Shown piece after piece: positions 1-9,069 of a stretch of DNA of 64,000 bases (position 1 is its first letter; every line of letters begins with the position of its first letter). The stretch covers positions 62,152 to 126,151 of the forward strand of contig CAWACK010000008.1 of NCBI GenBank assembly GCA_963780545.1, in the 5' to 3' direction. The translations under genes and the position numbers were made by a program. This stretch comes from Candidatus Bathyarchaeota archaeon (GTDB taxonomy: Archaea > Thermoproteota > Bathyarchaeia > TCS64). Under the pieces are notes generated by a model. The model worked only from the letters and a program-made list of their open reading frames with translations, was not told where the DNA came from and did no database searches.

Positions 1-1
1 A

Positions 2-301
2 ATTATTCTCAGCCTCTCGGCTCAAAATATAAAGAGCGAGACATTTAACATAGGAAGCGAGACAACCACAGTTAACGAGATAGCGGACATCGTATCACAG
101 GAAGTTGAGGAAACAACGAAGAAAAGCGTCTTGATTACTAGACTCCCACCCCGCTTAGGTGAGACTAAGGAGTTCAGTTACGATACCTCGAAAGTCGAGA
201 AGATTCTTGGGTTCAAACCGAGATGGAAACTTAGGGATGGCATTAAACAAATAATCCTTTACAAGCTAAATTCTGATAAACCGGGGATTACAAAAAGTTG
301 A
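2..301 (+). CDS. NAD-dependent epimerase/dehydratase family protein, C-terminal fragment (start lies outside the window)
   Basis: Frame open from window edge to TGA 299-301. Translation ...ETFNIGSETTTVNEIADIV...YDTSKVEKILGFKPRWKLRDGIKQ resembles the conserved C-terminus of extended-SDR sugar epimerases. Confidence 0.6.
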   Translation: MILSLSAQNIKSETFNIGSETTTVNEIADIVSQEVEETTKKSVLITRLPPRLGETKEFSYDTSKVEKILGFKPRWKLRDGIKQIILYKLNSDKPGITKS

Positions 302-532
302 CTATTCGAGGACGACCATTGTGAGCGTCGACCTCACATGATTGAGGCGCCTAATCTTGCTTGTGATGGCGTCCTTAATCTCCTGCATTGATGGAGCCTC
401 GAGGCGGACAACGAAGTCGTAGACGCCATATACCCCATAAACCTCCTTTACCTCCGGTATCTCCTTAAGCGCCTTGCTGACGTCTGTTCCTTCTCCGAGG
501 TCGGTATTGATTAATACAAAGGCTACGCTCAT
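302..532 (-). CDS. Stand-alone Lrp/AsnC-type ligand-binding (RAM) domain protein
   Basis: 76 aa from ATG 532: MSVAFVLINTDLGEGTDV...IRRLNHVRSTLTMVVLE. No HTH domain. Clear paralogue of 37883-38110. Confidence 0.7.
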   Translation of the reverse strand: MSVAFVLINTDLGEGTDVSKALKEIPEVKEVYGVYGVYDFVVRLEAPSMQEIKDAITSKIRRLNHVRSTLTMVVLE

Positions 533-717
533 GGCTTCACCTGAGTATCTCTTCACTTGAAGGTCATTTAACGTTTTCTAAGAATATTTCCCATGAATTT
601 TTATTCAATATACCATCACATTACTCTAAAGACAGCGACGTTATTCGTCTTTTGTCGAGACAGCTTTCGTCACAACTCTTAATCTCCCCGCTGCGGAGGG
701 TGTTCTAGGCTGAGAAT

Positions 718-1956
718 TTGGGTCTATACAGGGGCGTATCCATTGTCGGGGCGGGTATGACGAGATTCCATAATAAAATCCACGCGGATAAGACGGGTAG
801 GGAGCTTTTCGTGGATGCTGCGTTAGAAGCGACTGCCTCCGTCGATAAAGGTATCAGGCTCCGGGACGCAGGAGCCCTCTTCTTAGGAAACTTTACGAGC
901 GATGTCTTCGAGGGACAGGGTCATACTGCGGCAGTGACGGCGGATTGGCTTGGTATTAATCCAATACCTGCCTTCAGAATCGAGGACGCGTGTGCAAGCT
1001 CAGGTGCAGCACTCAACCTGGGCGTAATAACGATTGCTTCCGGGATGGCTGATGTCGTCATCGTTGGCGGTGTAGAAAAGATGAGCCGCCTAAACACGGA
1101 GCAGGTTACGGATGCCCTCGCCCTTGCTGCTGATGCCTCATATGAGGTGTCTGTCGGCTTTACATTCCCCTCAATTTATGGTGCATTGGCTTCTGCTTAT
1201 TTCAAGAAATATAACGCGACCTGGGAACAGCTCGCAGCTGTCACAATTAAGAATCATAGGAATGGTGCCCTCAACCCGAAGGCCCATTTCCAGTCCGACA
1301 TCAAAACCACCGCCATTAAGATTGGTGAGAAGGATGGCAGAACATTCAAAAATGAACTTGAGTTCCTAAGATCCGACTTCAACCCCGTTGTCGCGTCACC
1401 GTTGAGGCTCTTCGATTGCTGCCCGGTCTCAGATGGGGCCGCGGCTGTGATCCTCGCAGCAGACGACGTCGCACGGAGATATACCGACACTCCAGTCAAG
1501 ATCGCTGGGATTGGGCAAGCCTCTGATACAATTGCATTACACAGTCGGTCCGACTTCACAACTCTCAGAGCCACAGTTAAAGCCGTCAAAGACGCTTACG
1601 CAATGGCGGAAGTGAAACCCAAGGACATACAGGTCGCTGATGTGCACGACTGTTTCACCATCGCTGAGGTTGTGGCTACGGAGGACCTCGGATTCTTCCC
1701 ATATGGGCAGGGTGGTAGAGCGGCCGAGGAGGGGCGAACCGCTTTGAACGGCGAGTTACCAATCAACCCTGATGGAGGTCTCAAAGCTAAGGGTCATCCC
1801 GTCGGGGCAACAGGTGCCGCCATGGCTTACGAGATGTTTAAGCAGCTACGCGGCCAAGCAGGTAAACACCAGGTTGAAGGTGTGGAGATTGGACTAGCCC
1901 AGAACGTGGGCGCGTCGGGTGCGAGCGTAGCAGTACAGGTATTCAGGAGGGGTTGA
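718..1956 (+). CDS. Thiolase-superfamily acetyl-CoA C-acetyltransferase (archaeal type)
   Basis: 412 aa, TTG start assumed. IVGAGMTRF N-terminus, EDACASSG active-site Cys region and a C-terminal NVGASGA region typical of archaeal thiolases. Followed 2 nt later by a DUF35 gene. Confidence 0.85.
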   Translation: MGLYRGVSIVGAGMTRFHNKIHADKTGRELFVDAALEATASVDKGIRLRDAGALFLGNFTSDVFEGQGHTAAVTADWLGINPIPAFRIEDACASSGAALNLGVITIASGMADVVIVGGVEKMSRLNTEQVTDALALAADASYEVSVGFTFPSIYGALASAYFKKYNATWEQLAAVTIKNHRNGALNPKAHFQSDIKTTAIKIGEKDGRTFKNELEFLRSDFNPVVASPLRLFDCCPVSDGAAAVILAADDVARRYTDTPVKIAGIGQASDTIALHSRSDFTTLRATVKAVKDAYAMAEVKPKDIQVADVHDCFTIAEVVATEDLGFFPYGQGGRAAEEGRTALNGELPINPDGGLKAKGHPVGATGAAMAYEMFKQLRGQAGKHQVEGVEIGLAQNVGASGASVAVQVFRRG

Positions 1957-1958
1957 GA

Positions 1959-2334
1959 ATGAGTGAGTTTACTACAAAGGTGTTCAATGGGTTTGTATCC
2001 CAAGGGAAGTTGATGGGCACTAGATGTAAATCATGTGGTGAGATCCAAATTCCGCCTAGGAAGATTCTGTTCAAGGTGCAATTCCCAGCTACAAGAGTGG
2101 TTTGAGCTCAAAGGAGAGGGAACATTAGTGGCGGTGACGCTTAATAGAGTGCCCTCCAGCAGCTTCAGGGACAAGTCACCCTATGCAGTGGGCATTGTTC
2201 GACTCGACGAGGGACCCTCCATCTCGGGGCTAATGGAAGTGGAGAAGCCCGAAACATTGGAGGTCGGGGTGAGAATGAGATTCATACCAATAAAGGATGG
2301 GGAGAAGACTATCCTTGGCTTCAAATTCCCCTAG
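1959..2334 (+). pseudogene. DUF35 OB-fold/zinc-ribbon protein (thiolase partner), interrupted by a frameshift
   Basis: ATG 1959 frame gives MSEFTTKVFNGFVSQGKLMGTRCKSCGEIQIPPRKI... and stops at 2103-2105. The second CxxC and OB fold (CSRCNSQLQEWFELKGEGTLVAVT...) continue in the frame of ORF 2035-2334. The shift lies between 2061 and 2068. Confidence 0.75.
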
Positions 2335-2336
2335 TG

Positions 2337-4163
2337 TTACTCGCCTGTGAAGACTGGTTTTCGCTTCTCCTTGAAGGCTGAGACGCCCTCTATGAAGTCC
2401 TTGGTTTCGAATATCTTTGAAAACTCCTCCGCCTCGGAGTTGATTGACTCCTCCTTGGGACTCGGGTTAGTCAGCCTTTTCACGGCCATGATGACCGTTG
2501 GGGATCCTGATGCTAACCTTGCTGCGAACTCGTCGGCTTTAACGGTAAATTCAGCTGAGGGGAAAACCCTGTCGATGAGGCCTAACTGCTTCGCTTCCTC
2601 CGCTGTGATTGTGTCGCCAGTGACGATAAGGAGCTTCGCTCTCTGCTTCCCGATCAATTTGGCAAGGATCTGTGTACCACCCCAACCGGGGATAACTCCT
2701 AGGTTTGCCTCAGGTTGACCCAGCTTTGCCTTGTCGCTTGCGACCCTGAAGTCACACCAGGAAGCGAGTTCGCACCCACCACCGAGGGCGAAGCCATTGA
2801 TTGCTGCTAATGTGGGCTTTCTTGCAGCCTTGATCTTCATCATCGCATTGTGGCCAGCCCTACTGTATTCTCGTGCCTTAGTTGAGGTAAGTTTGCTTAG
2901 CTCGTCGATATCAGCGCCAGCCGAGAAGGCTCGGTCGCCAGCGCCTGTGATTACTATACATCGAACCGCCTTTTCTTTATCCGCCTTCTCAACGGCGTCA
3001 GCGACTGTGTTTAGCATCTCGGAGGTTATTGAGTTGAGTTTGCTGGGTCGATTCAAGGTGATCTTTAGTATCCCGTTCTTGGTCTCCGTGAGAATTGGCT
3101 TATCTTCTATGCCAACGCCTGCCTCTATGCGTGCCTTGAGTTCGAAGGGCCCCATCGGGATGTTAGCACCCAATTTTATGGCGAGATCGACTGACCCGGG
3201 GTCAGCTATTCCTTCGGCGACTAGCCTCTCCGCCTCAGCTATGAAGGGCTTCAGGAGAGTTGTTGGGTCGAAACCCTTTGCTTGTTCCTCCTTTACCTCC
3301 GGTTTTCCGTAGACATAGAATCCTTCTCCAGTCTTTCTGCCTAGCTTTCTCTCTTCGAAGAGTTGTCTTATTGGCTCCGCCGCACGGTAGGCTGCTCCGA
3401 GGTTATCTTCAAAAACTCTTAGGATGTTGTAGGTGATATCGAGGCCGATGAGGTCAGCAAGCATGAAGGGCCCCATCGGCATTCCCGCTCCGTACTGCAT
3501 CGCTGCGTCGACCTGCTCCTTCGTGTATCCCTGGTTAAGGAGCTTCGCCGCATCGTTTAGATAAGTTATAAGAACACGGTTGACGATGAACCCTGGGGCG
3601 TCACGTTTGACGATGACCGGAGTCTTTCCCAGTTTCTCAGCTAGTACTTTGACGGTGGCGATGGTCTCCTGACTCGTCTTCTCCCCTGGGATAATCTCTA
3701 CTAGCTTCAAGATGTTGGGAGGGTTGAAGAAGTGCATCCCAACGAAGCGCTCAGGGTTTGAGACAGCTTTAGCCATTTCAGTGATGCTGAGACTGCTCGT
3801 GTTGGTTGCCAGGATGGCGTCGGATTTCGCATGCTTTGATACCTCGCTCCAGACGGCGTGTTTGATCTCCATTTTCTCTGGGACAGCCTCTACGACGAGG
3901 TCGACCTCTCTGACGGCGTCAGGGAGGCTGAGCGTCATTTTGATCCTACCGAGGACGAGTGAGACATCTTCCTGCTTTATCCTCCCCCTTTCGACTAGGC
4001 GGGCTAGATTCTTCTCTATACCCGCTTTAGCGCTGTCTAGGAAGCTCTGCTCTATGTCCCTGATGGTGACCTGTAGACCCGCCTGGGCCGCTATCTGGGC
4101 TATTCCATGGCCCATGACGCCTGCTCCGAGGACTGCGATCCTTGTAACCTCTTCGGGTTTCAT
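2337..4163 (-). CDS. Bifunctional 3-hydroxyacyl-CoA dehydrogenase / enoyl-CoA hydratase
   Basis: 608 aa. N-terminal Rossmann motif GAGVMGHGIAQ (HADH) and C-terminal crotonase fold (ITGAGDRAFSAGADI ... GGGCELA). Confidence 0.85.
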   Translation of the reverse strand: MKPEEVTRIAVLGAGVMGHGIAQIAAQAGLQVTIRDIEQSFLDSAKAGIEKNLARLVERGRIKQEDVSLVLGRIKMTLSLPDAVREVDLVVEAVPEKMEIKHAVWSEVSKHAKSDAILATNTSSLSITEMAKAVSNPERFVGMHFFNPPNILKLVEIIPGEKTSQETIATVKVLAEKLGKTPVIVKRDAPGFIVNRVLITYLNDAAKLLNQGYTKEQVDAAMQYGAGMPMGPFMLADLIGLDITYNILRVFEDNLGAAYRAAEPIRQLFEERKLGRKTGEGFYVYGKPEVKEEQAKGFDPTTLLKPFIAEAERLVAEGIADPGSVDLAIKLGANIPMGPFELKARIEAGVGIEDKPILTETKNGILKITLNRPSKLNSITSEMLNTVADAVEKADKEKAVRCIVITGAGDRAFSAGADIDELSKLTSTKAREYSRAGHNAMMKIKAARKPTLAAINGFALGGGCELASWCDFRVASDKAKLGQPEANLGVIPGWGGTQILAKLIGKQRAKLLIVTGDTITAEEAKQLGLIDRVFPSAEFTVKADEFAARLASGSPTVIMAVKRLTNPSPKEESINSEAEEFSKIFETKDFIEGVSAFKEKRKPVFTGE

Positions 4164-4199
4164 GGATAATCAACCAGACTACCACAGTTTGGCTTAAAG

Positions 4200-5330
4200 C
4201 GTTTTTCGGATGTTATCTAACATCTCGAGGTCTGAGTGTCAGAGCGCAAGATGTGGTTTACTTCCGATCAAGTATCCAATTAGGAGCATTAGGATTAAAC
4301 CGACGACGCTCATAATGAGGTAGTCCTGCTTTGTACTCTTGAGTTCATCCTCTAGTTGTTTAATGTTGGTCTCTTGAAGCTGGTTCACGTTGAGGACCGT
4401 ATTGAAGTCGTTCTCCAGCTGTTTGTTATTGGCTTGGAGGGCGTCGTAATTCGTCTTAAGGTCTGGGTATTTATTTGCCGTCTTAGCCGTGGAGTTCAAG
4501 TTGAGGTACAGGATGTCTATCAGCTTGGGTTGCTCGAACTCGTAGTAGTTCTGTATCAAATCTAGGGCGTTGATGTAGTCGCCTTTGATGATCGTGGAGT
4601 TGATGTCGTTAAGAATTTTAGCGTAGTAGTCTTTACCTATCTGGACCTGATCACTGTTTATGTTTTTAATCTGCGATATCTCTTCCTTGATATCCAGCAA
4701 TTTTCCTTTTAGATACTCCTGCTTAACGAAGTCGATTACATAGTATAGGTTCCTCTGAGTCTGAACCCTCTGCCCCACATTTAGTTGATAGACTCCATCC
4801 TTGTCGGAGTAGGTTTGGACGAAAACGTTGACTCTGAAGTATAGGACCAAGTTCTCGTCGGGACGAACCCCCAGCACCTCATACCCTTTTGTGAGGTTGT
4901 AAGTGAGGTTCATCTCAATCTTCCCCGTCTGTGGAGGTATCTTAATTGAATAGTATTGATCGATTTGCGTGTTGTTGATCGATGTTGTGTAACCCACAGA
5001 TTGTCCGCCGTAGAATAGTTGACCCTCTTTGCGTAGCTCAAAGTCGGCCTCGACGGTGAAGTTTCCGGAGTACCTCACGTTAGGCTCAGAGGCATTCACG
5101 ATCTGCCCCTGGGCCACGTTGACTCCTAGGTTCTGGATCGTAACATTGAAGACGCATTTGTCGCCGGAGGTGAGTTGGTTTAAGTAGGGCTGGGGTTTTA
5201 TGATGGTCGTTATACTCACAAGACTCGTCGCCGTGACACAGTGTGCTACTCCCTGGATGTTTAGGAGAACGATGATGAGAAAGACTAAGCAAACGATCCA
5301 TTTTTTAGGCATTTCAATATCGTTCTCCGC
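4200..5330. other. AT-rich islet 1 (envelope protein gene)
   Basis: Visibly lower GC than the flanking ETF and HADH genes. Exact GC not computed. Confidence 0.5.
4239..5312 (-). CDS. Secreted, C-terminally membrane-anchored coiled-coil surface protein (SlaB-like architecture)
   Basis: 357 aa with an N-terminal signal-like segment (MPKKWIVCLVFLIIVLLNIQGVAHC), a beta-rich region, a long heptad-like Q/N/K/E-rich stretch and a C-terminal TM (IMSVVGLILMLLIGYLIG). At least 8 N-x-S/T sequons. Confidence 0.55.
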   Translation of the reverse strand: MPKKWIVCLVFLIIVLLNIQGVAHCVTATSLVSITTIIKPQPYLNQLTSGDKCVFNVTIQNLGVNVAQGQIVNASEPNVRYSGNFTVEADFELRKEGQLFYGGQSVGYTTSINNTQIDQYYSIKIPPQTGKIEMNLTYNLTKGYEVLGVRPDENLVLYFRVNVFVQTYSDKDGVYQLNVGQRVQTQRNLYYVIDFVKQEYLKGKLLDIKEEISQIKNINSDQVQIGKDYYAKILNDINSTIIKGDYINALDLIQNYYEFEQPKLIDILYLNLNSTAKTANKYPDLKTNYDALQANNKQLENDFNTVLNVNQLQETNIKQLEDELKSTKQDYLIMSVVGLILMLLIGYLIGSKPHLAL

Positions 5331-5476
5331 TTAAGGGCGCTCTTAAAGTCTTGGTTTAGGCTAACCTCGCTTGAGCTGAGCTCATAGCTACTTCGTCAAT
5401 GGTCGAAGAAAGGTTCTAAGAATGAGTGAAAAGAGATAAAAAGGGCGCGCATTGGAAGGCTTCAAGGCTGATTAAG

Positions 5477-6268
5477 GTGACAAGGATAATAGTCCTCACC
5501 AAGGATATACCCGATCTAAGCGAAGTAAAAATTGACCCTTCAACGAGGCGTCCTCATACTGAGTCTGCGAAGAGGAGGCTTAACGACCTTGATAAGCGGG
5601 CTTTGGAGGCCGCCATCAAGGTTAAGGAAGCATCTGGGGCCGAGGTCGTGACCCTCTCCTTTGGCGACGAGAGGACGAAGACCAGCCTCTTGGAGGCACT
5701 CGCCATGGGAGCAGACGCCGCTTACATCGTGAGTGATCCCGGCTTAAAGGGAATCGATGCCTACGCGACGAGTATTGTTCTTGAATCGGCTATTCGCAAA
5801 ATAGGGTCATATGATCTCGTCCTCGCTGGGGAGCTCGCGATGGACAGTATGGGTGCCCAGGTCGGCCCAAGGGTCGCTGAACTCCTCGGCGTCCCCCAGG
5901 TCACCTATGTAAAGGAGTTGAAGCTGGAGGCGGGCAAGTTTAGGGCTGTTAGAGATCTTGAGGACTTCGATGAGGTTGTTGAAGCCGAGCCACCCTTCCT
6001 AGCGACCGTAGTCAGGGAGATCAATGAACCCAGGATACCTAGCCTGATGAATATAATGAAGGCGAAGAAAAAGCCGTTGACGGAGTGGAACGCGGAGGCT
6101 CTCGGAATCAAGGCAGAGGATCTCCAGGCATCATCTAGAGTTGTGGTACTAGATGCGCAGGCTCCGGAGGTTAAGAGGAAGCGCATCATCATAAAGGCTG
6201 AAAGCGTCGAGGAGGCCGTGGATAAGCTGGTCTCTGCTTTGTCGGATGAAGGCGTCTTGGAGGATTAG
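5477..6268 (+). CDS. etfB: Electron transfer flavoprotein beta subunit (FixA family)
   Basis: VTRIIVLTKDIPD... ETF-beta-like throughout. GTG 5477 preferred over the upstream GTG 5426. Followed 3 nt later by etfA. Confidence 0.8.
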   Translation: MTRIIVLTKDIPDLSEVKIDPSTRRPHTESAKRRLNDLDKRALEAAIKVKEASGAEVVTLSFGDERTKTSLLEALAMGADAAYIVSDPGLKGIDAYATSIVLESAIRKIGSYDLVLAGELAMDSMGAQVGPRVAELLGVPQVTYVKELKLEAGKFRAVRDLEDFDEVVEAEPPFLATVVREINEPRIPSLMNIMKAKKKPLTEWNAEALGIKAEDLQASSRVVVLDAQAPEVKRKRIIIKAESVEEAVDKLVSALSDEGVLED

Positions 6269-6271
6269 GTA

Positions 6272-7189
6272 ATGAAGGCGATCACTTACTCAGAGAACAC
6301 GGAGCTCTCCCTGCAGCTTCTAGGTAAGGCGCTAGAACTATCTGGAGTAGGAGCATCAGCGGTAGCCTCAAACCATGAACAGGCCAAAGTCCTGTCCTGC
6401 AGTGGCGCCTCTAAGGTCTATTTGATCAAGGAAACAAATACCGACTTTTTGAAGAGTGGTATCTTGGAGGCTGTTGGAAGGGAGTCTGCTGACATTGTTT
6501 TAATTGGCTCCACTAAGAGGGGGAGGGAACTTGCGCCAAGAGTCGCATCAGCACTGAAGGCAGGTTACTCAGGTGACTGTTTCGAGATACAACCAGATGA
6601 AGGCGCTTTCAGGGTGAAGAGGTTCGCCTACGGTGGATCGACCATAGCAACGGAGCTAATTAAAGGAAAGCCGGCGGTGGTTACAGTCCCAGCTAGGACC
6701 TTCCAGAAGCCCGAGGGGGAGGTAATTAGCGGTGAGATCGTCGAGTTGAACGTCGCCTCAGCTGTTTCTAGGATTAAGGTATTGGAGAGACGTCCGAAGA
6801 ACACCGGCGATGCTGGACTCGAGAGTGCGAAGATCATCGTCTCCGCTGGCAGGGGCTTCAAAAAGCGCGAGGATCTTAAGCTCCTTGAAGACCTCGCCTC
6901 AGAACTCAATGCCAAGATGGGTTGCTCCCGCCCTATCTCCGCGGACCTAGGTTGGATGGATCAGTGGGTCGGAATCAGCGGCAAGAAAGTGGCGCCACGC
7001 CTATACGTTGCCTGCGGGGTCTCTGGAACCATACAGCACGCGGCGGGGATCAGGGACAGTCAGATTATCGTCAGCGTCAACAGTGACGAGTCCGCGGGAA
7101 TCCATGAAATAAGTGACTACAGCATAGTTGGCGACATCTACGTCGTTCTCCCAGCGCTGACTAAGGCGCTTAGAGAGCGCGGCAAGTAG
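6272..7189 (+). CDS. etfA: Electron transfer flavoprotein alpha subunit (FixB family)
   Basis: 305 aa with the C-terminal FAD-binding region ...LYVACGVSGTIQHAAGIRDSQIIVSVNSD. Confidence 0.85.
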   Translation: MKAITYSENTELSLQLLGKALELSGVGASAVASNHEQAKVLSCSGASKVYLIKETNTDFLKSGILEAVGRESADIVLIGSTKRGRELAPRVASALKAGYSGDCFEIQPDEGAFRVKRFAYGGSTIATELIKGKPAVVTVPARTFQKPEGEVISGEIVELNVASAVSRIKVLERRPKNTGDAGLESAKIIVSAGRGFKKREDLKLLEDLASELNAKMGCSRPISADLGWMDQWVGISGKKVAPRLYVACGVSGTIQHAAGIRDSQIIVSVNSDESAGIHEISDYSIVGDIYVVLPALTKALRERGK

Positions 7190-7227
7190 AGCCAACTCTT
7201 TTCTTCCCTAAACTCAAGTCTATCTTT

Positions 7228-8007
7228 GTGCCACTAGACGAGGATGTTTTAGCCACAATTCGTGAAGCGGCTAAGCTGATTCAGGAGTCTAAATATGTTA
7301 CAGCTTTGACTGGCGCTGGGGTTTCAGTCGAGAGTGGTATACGTCCTTTCAGGGGCCCGGGTGGGCTGTGGACGGAGTTTGGGGAGCCTCCGATGAATGG
7401 CTACAGGAGGTTCGAGGAGGATCCGAGGAGATACTGGGAGGAGATGCTTCACTCGGCGAGGGTGAGTAGGTTCGGGAGCAGTTTAGAGGAGGCGAGACCG
7501 AATCCCAGCCACTACGCCTTCGCGGAACTTGAGGCCATGGGTTTGCTCCGTTCTCTTGTTACTCAGAACATCGATAATCTCCACTTTGAGGCGGGGAGCG
7601 TGAATGTTATCGAGATCCATGGGAACCGGCTTAAACTTAGGTGTGTTCAGTGTGGTTCCAGGTTTCCTAGGCTGGACTTCGATCTCTCGATTTTGCCTCC
7701 GAAGTGTCCCAGCTGCGGCGGAGTCGTGAAGGATGATGTGGTAATGTTCGGTGAACCTATCCCAAGAGAAGTTCTTAGGGCCTGCTTAGAGGAGGCAAAT
7801 AGGAGTGACTGCATGATTGTTGCGGGGACATCTGCTGTCGTCTACCCTGCCGCGGGGCTGCCTGTGACAGTGAAGGAGAGAGGTGGAGCGATTGTAGAGA
7901 TTAATCCGCTGAAAAGTGAATTAACCGACATTTGCGATGCGTCGATTAGAGCGCCGTCGGGTGAGGCAATGCCAGCTCTCGTAGATAGGTTAAAAAAATC
8001 ACGTTAA
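7228..8007 (+). CDS. cobB: NAD-dependent protein deacylase (Sir2 family)
   Basis: GAGVSVESGIRPFRG, QNIDNLH and two CxxC pairs (CVQCG, CPSCGG) forming the sirtuin zinc module. GTG start. Confidence 0.9.
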   Translation: MPLDEDVLATIREAAKLIQESKYVTALTGAGVSVESGIRPFRGPGGLWTEFGEPPMNGYRRFEEDPRRYWEEMLHSARVSRFGSSLEEARPNPSHYAFAELEAMGLLRSLVTQNIDNLHFEAGSVNVIEIHGNRLKLRCVQCGSRFPRLDFDLSILPPKCPSCGGVVKDDVVMFGEPIPREVLRACLEEANRSDCMIVAGTSAVVYPAAGLPVTVKERGGAIVEINPLKSELTDICDASIRAPSGEAMPALVDRLKKSR

Positions 8008-8790
8008 TTTCTTCCGGGTCCAATCCGCTACTTCTTTACCCGTGGCGAACCAAACATCGCCCTTTTGCTCCATCTCGGTGATTAGCTTTTCGAGCATATC
8101 CAGTCTGCTAATCCTACCGGTAGCCTGGGGGTGGCAGGTGAGACCGAAGTATCGACCAAGACGGTGGATTCCCTCGAACTCCGGCTTCCACTCCTTATAG
8201 GCGTCCTCGGGGCTGCGGCGGTAAGTGTCATACTGGGGCCAGTCGTCTAGCATCCACTCGATGGGGAGCTCTACTAGGCCGGTGGGTTTCCCACGCCACT
8301 CGAGCATGTAGGGCATGTCGTTGTCCATGAAGTCGCTGTCATACTTGAAGCCAAACTGCTTGATTCGGTCGATGGTGCGGTCGCTGATGAGCCAATAGGG
8401 AGCGCGGAAGCCTTCGGGTTTAACGCCGAACTTCTTTAAGGTTGTTAGGCTCTTCTCAAAGACACTCTCCTCTAGCTCCCAGCTTAGCTCGGCGAGGCGC
8501 TCGTGGGTGTAGCCGTGGGCGCCTACCTCGTGACCGTGCTCGATTATTGACTTTACTGACTCTGGGTACCTGTCAGCAGTCCAACCGGGGACGAAGAACG
8601 TCGCTTTGAGTTTATGGCGGTCGAGCATCTCTAGGATGCGTGGGATTGCCACATTCGGGGCGAAGCGTCCCCTACTCTGGTTGACTATATCTAGTGGGGT
8701 ACGCCATATGGTGGCGCTGTCCGAGTCGTAGTCGAAGGAGAGATTCACACAACACTTGTATCCGTCGGGCCAGAAACCCATCCAATTCAC
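7999..8790 (-). CDS. Polysaccharide deacetylase (NodB/PuuE-like) family protein
   Basis: 263 aa with ...ATFFVPGW..., HGYTHE and a cytosolic-type deacetylase layout. Its 3-prime end overlaps the convergent Sir2 gene by 9 nt. Confidence 0.7.
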   Translation of the reverse strand: MNWMGFWPDGYKCCVNLSFDYDSDSATIWRTPLDIVNQSRGRFAPNVAIPRILEMLDRHKLKATFFVPGWTADRYPESVKSIIEHGHEVGAHGYTHERLAELSWELEESVFEKSLTTLKKFGVKPEGFRAPYWLISDRTIDRIKQFGFKYDSDFMDNDMPYMLEWRGKPTGLVELPIEWMLDDWPQYDTYRRSPEDAYKEWKPEFEGIHRLGRYFGLTCHPQATGRISRLDMLEKLITEMEQKGDVWFATGKEVADWTRKKLT

Positions 8791-8871
8791 CGCTGAGTTA
8801 GATGAGTATGGGTGTATTTTAGACCTTGCTGAGTTTATCGGTTTAATGAACCAAACCCATAGGTGCTCATT

Positions 8872-8883
8872 CGCGCGCGCACG
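8872..8883. repeat. Alternating pyrimidine-purine tract cgcgcgcgcacg inside a short hairpin (gtgctc...gagcac)
   Basis: Read directly; lies in the 279-bp spacer 8791-9069. Confidence 0.8.
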
Positions 8884-9069
8884 AGCACACTAGGTGTTGA
8901 GAAGAACTTCGATGTTCCAAGTGTCACAAGAATTTCTCCTCAAGAAACGAATTCGACGAGCATAAGATTAGCGTCCATCCGGGGGACGAACGTGCTTCTT
9001 GGGAGAAATATAGCGATAGGAAGAGTTAGTCCTTCGAGTCTACACCCTAAGTGGGTTGTAAAATATTTT

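Noticed and set aside
2731-4197. Long antisense ORFs (2731-3312, 3712-4197) opposite the HADH/ECH gene, and similar ones opposite the ligase, Lon, M20 and PolX genes
   Set aside because: Their low-complexity Ser/Ala/Arg/Pro-rich translations with no motifs are typical shadow ORFs of a codon-biased gene on the other strand.
7228-8007. Sir2 as a defence-associated (NADase) effector
   Set aside because: It has the full canonical sirtuin deacylase motifs and zinc module. It has no partner genes typical of Sir2-based defence systems, and its context is metabolic.
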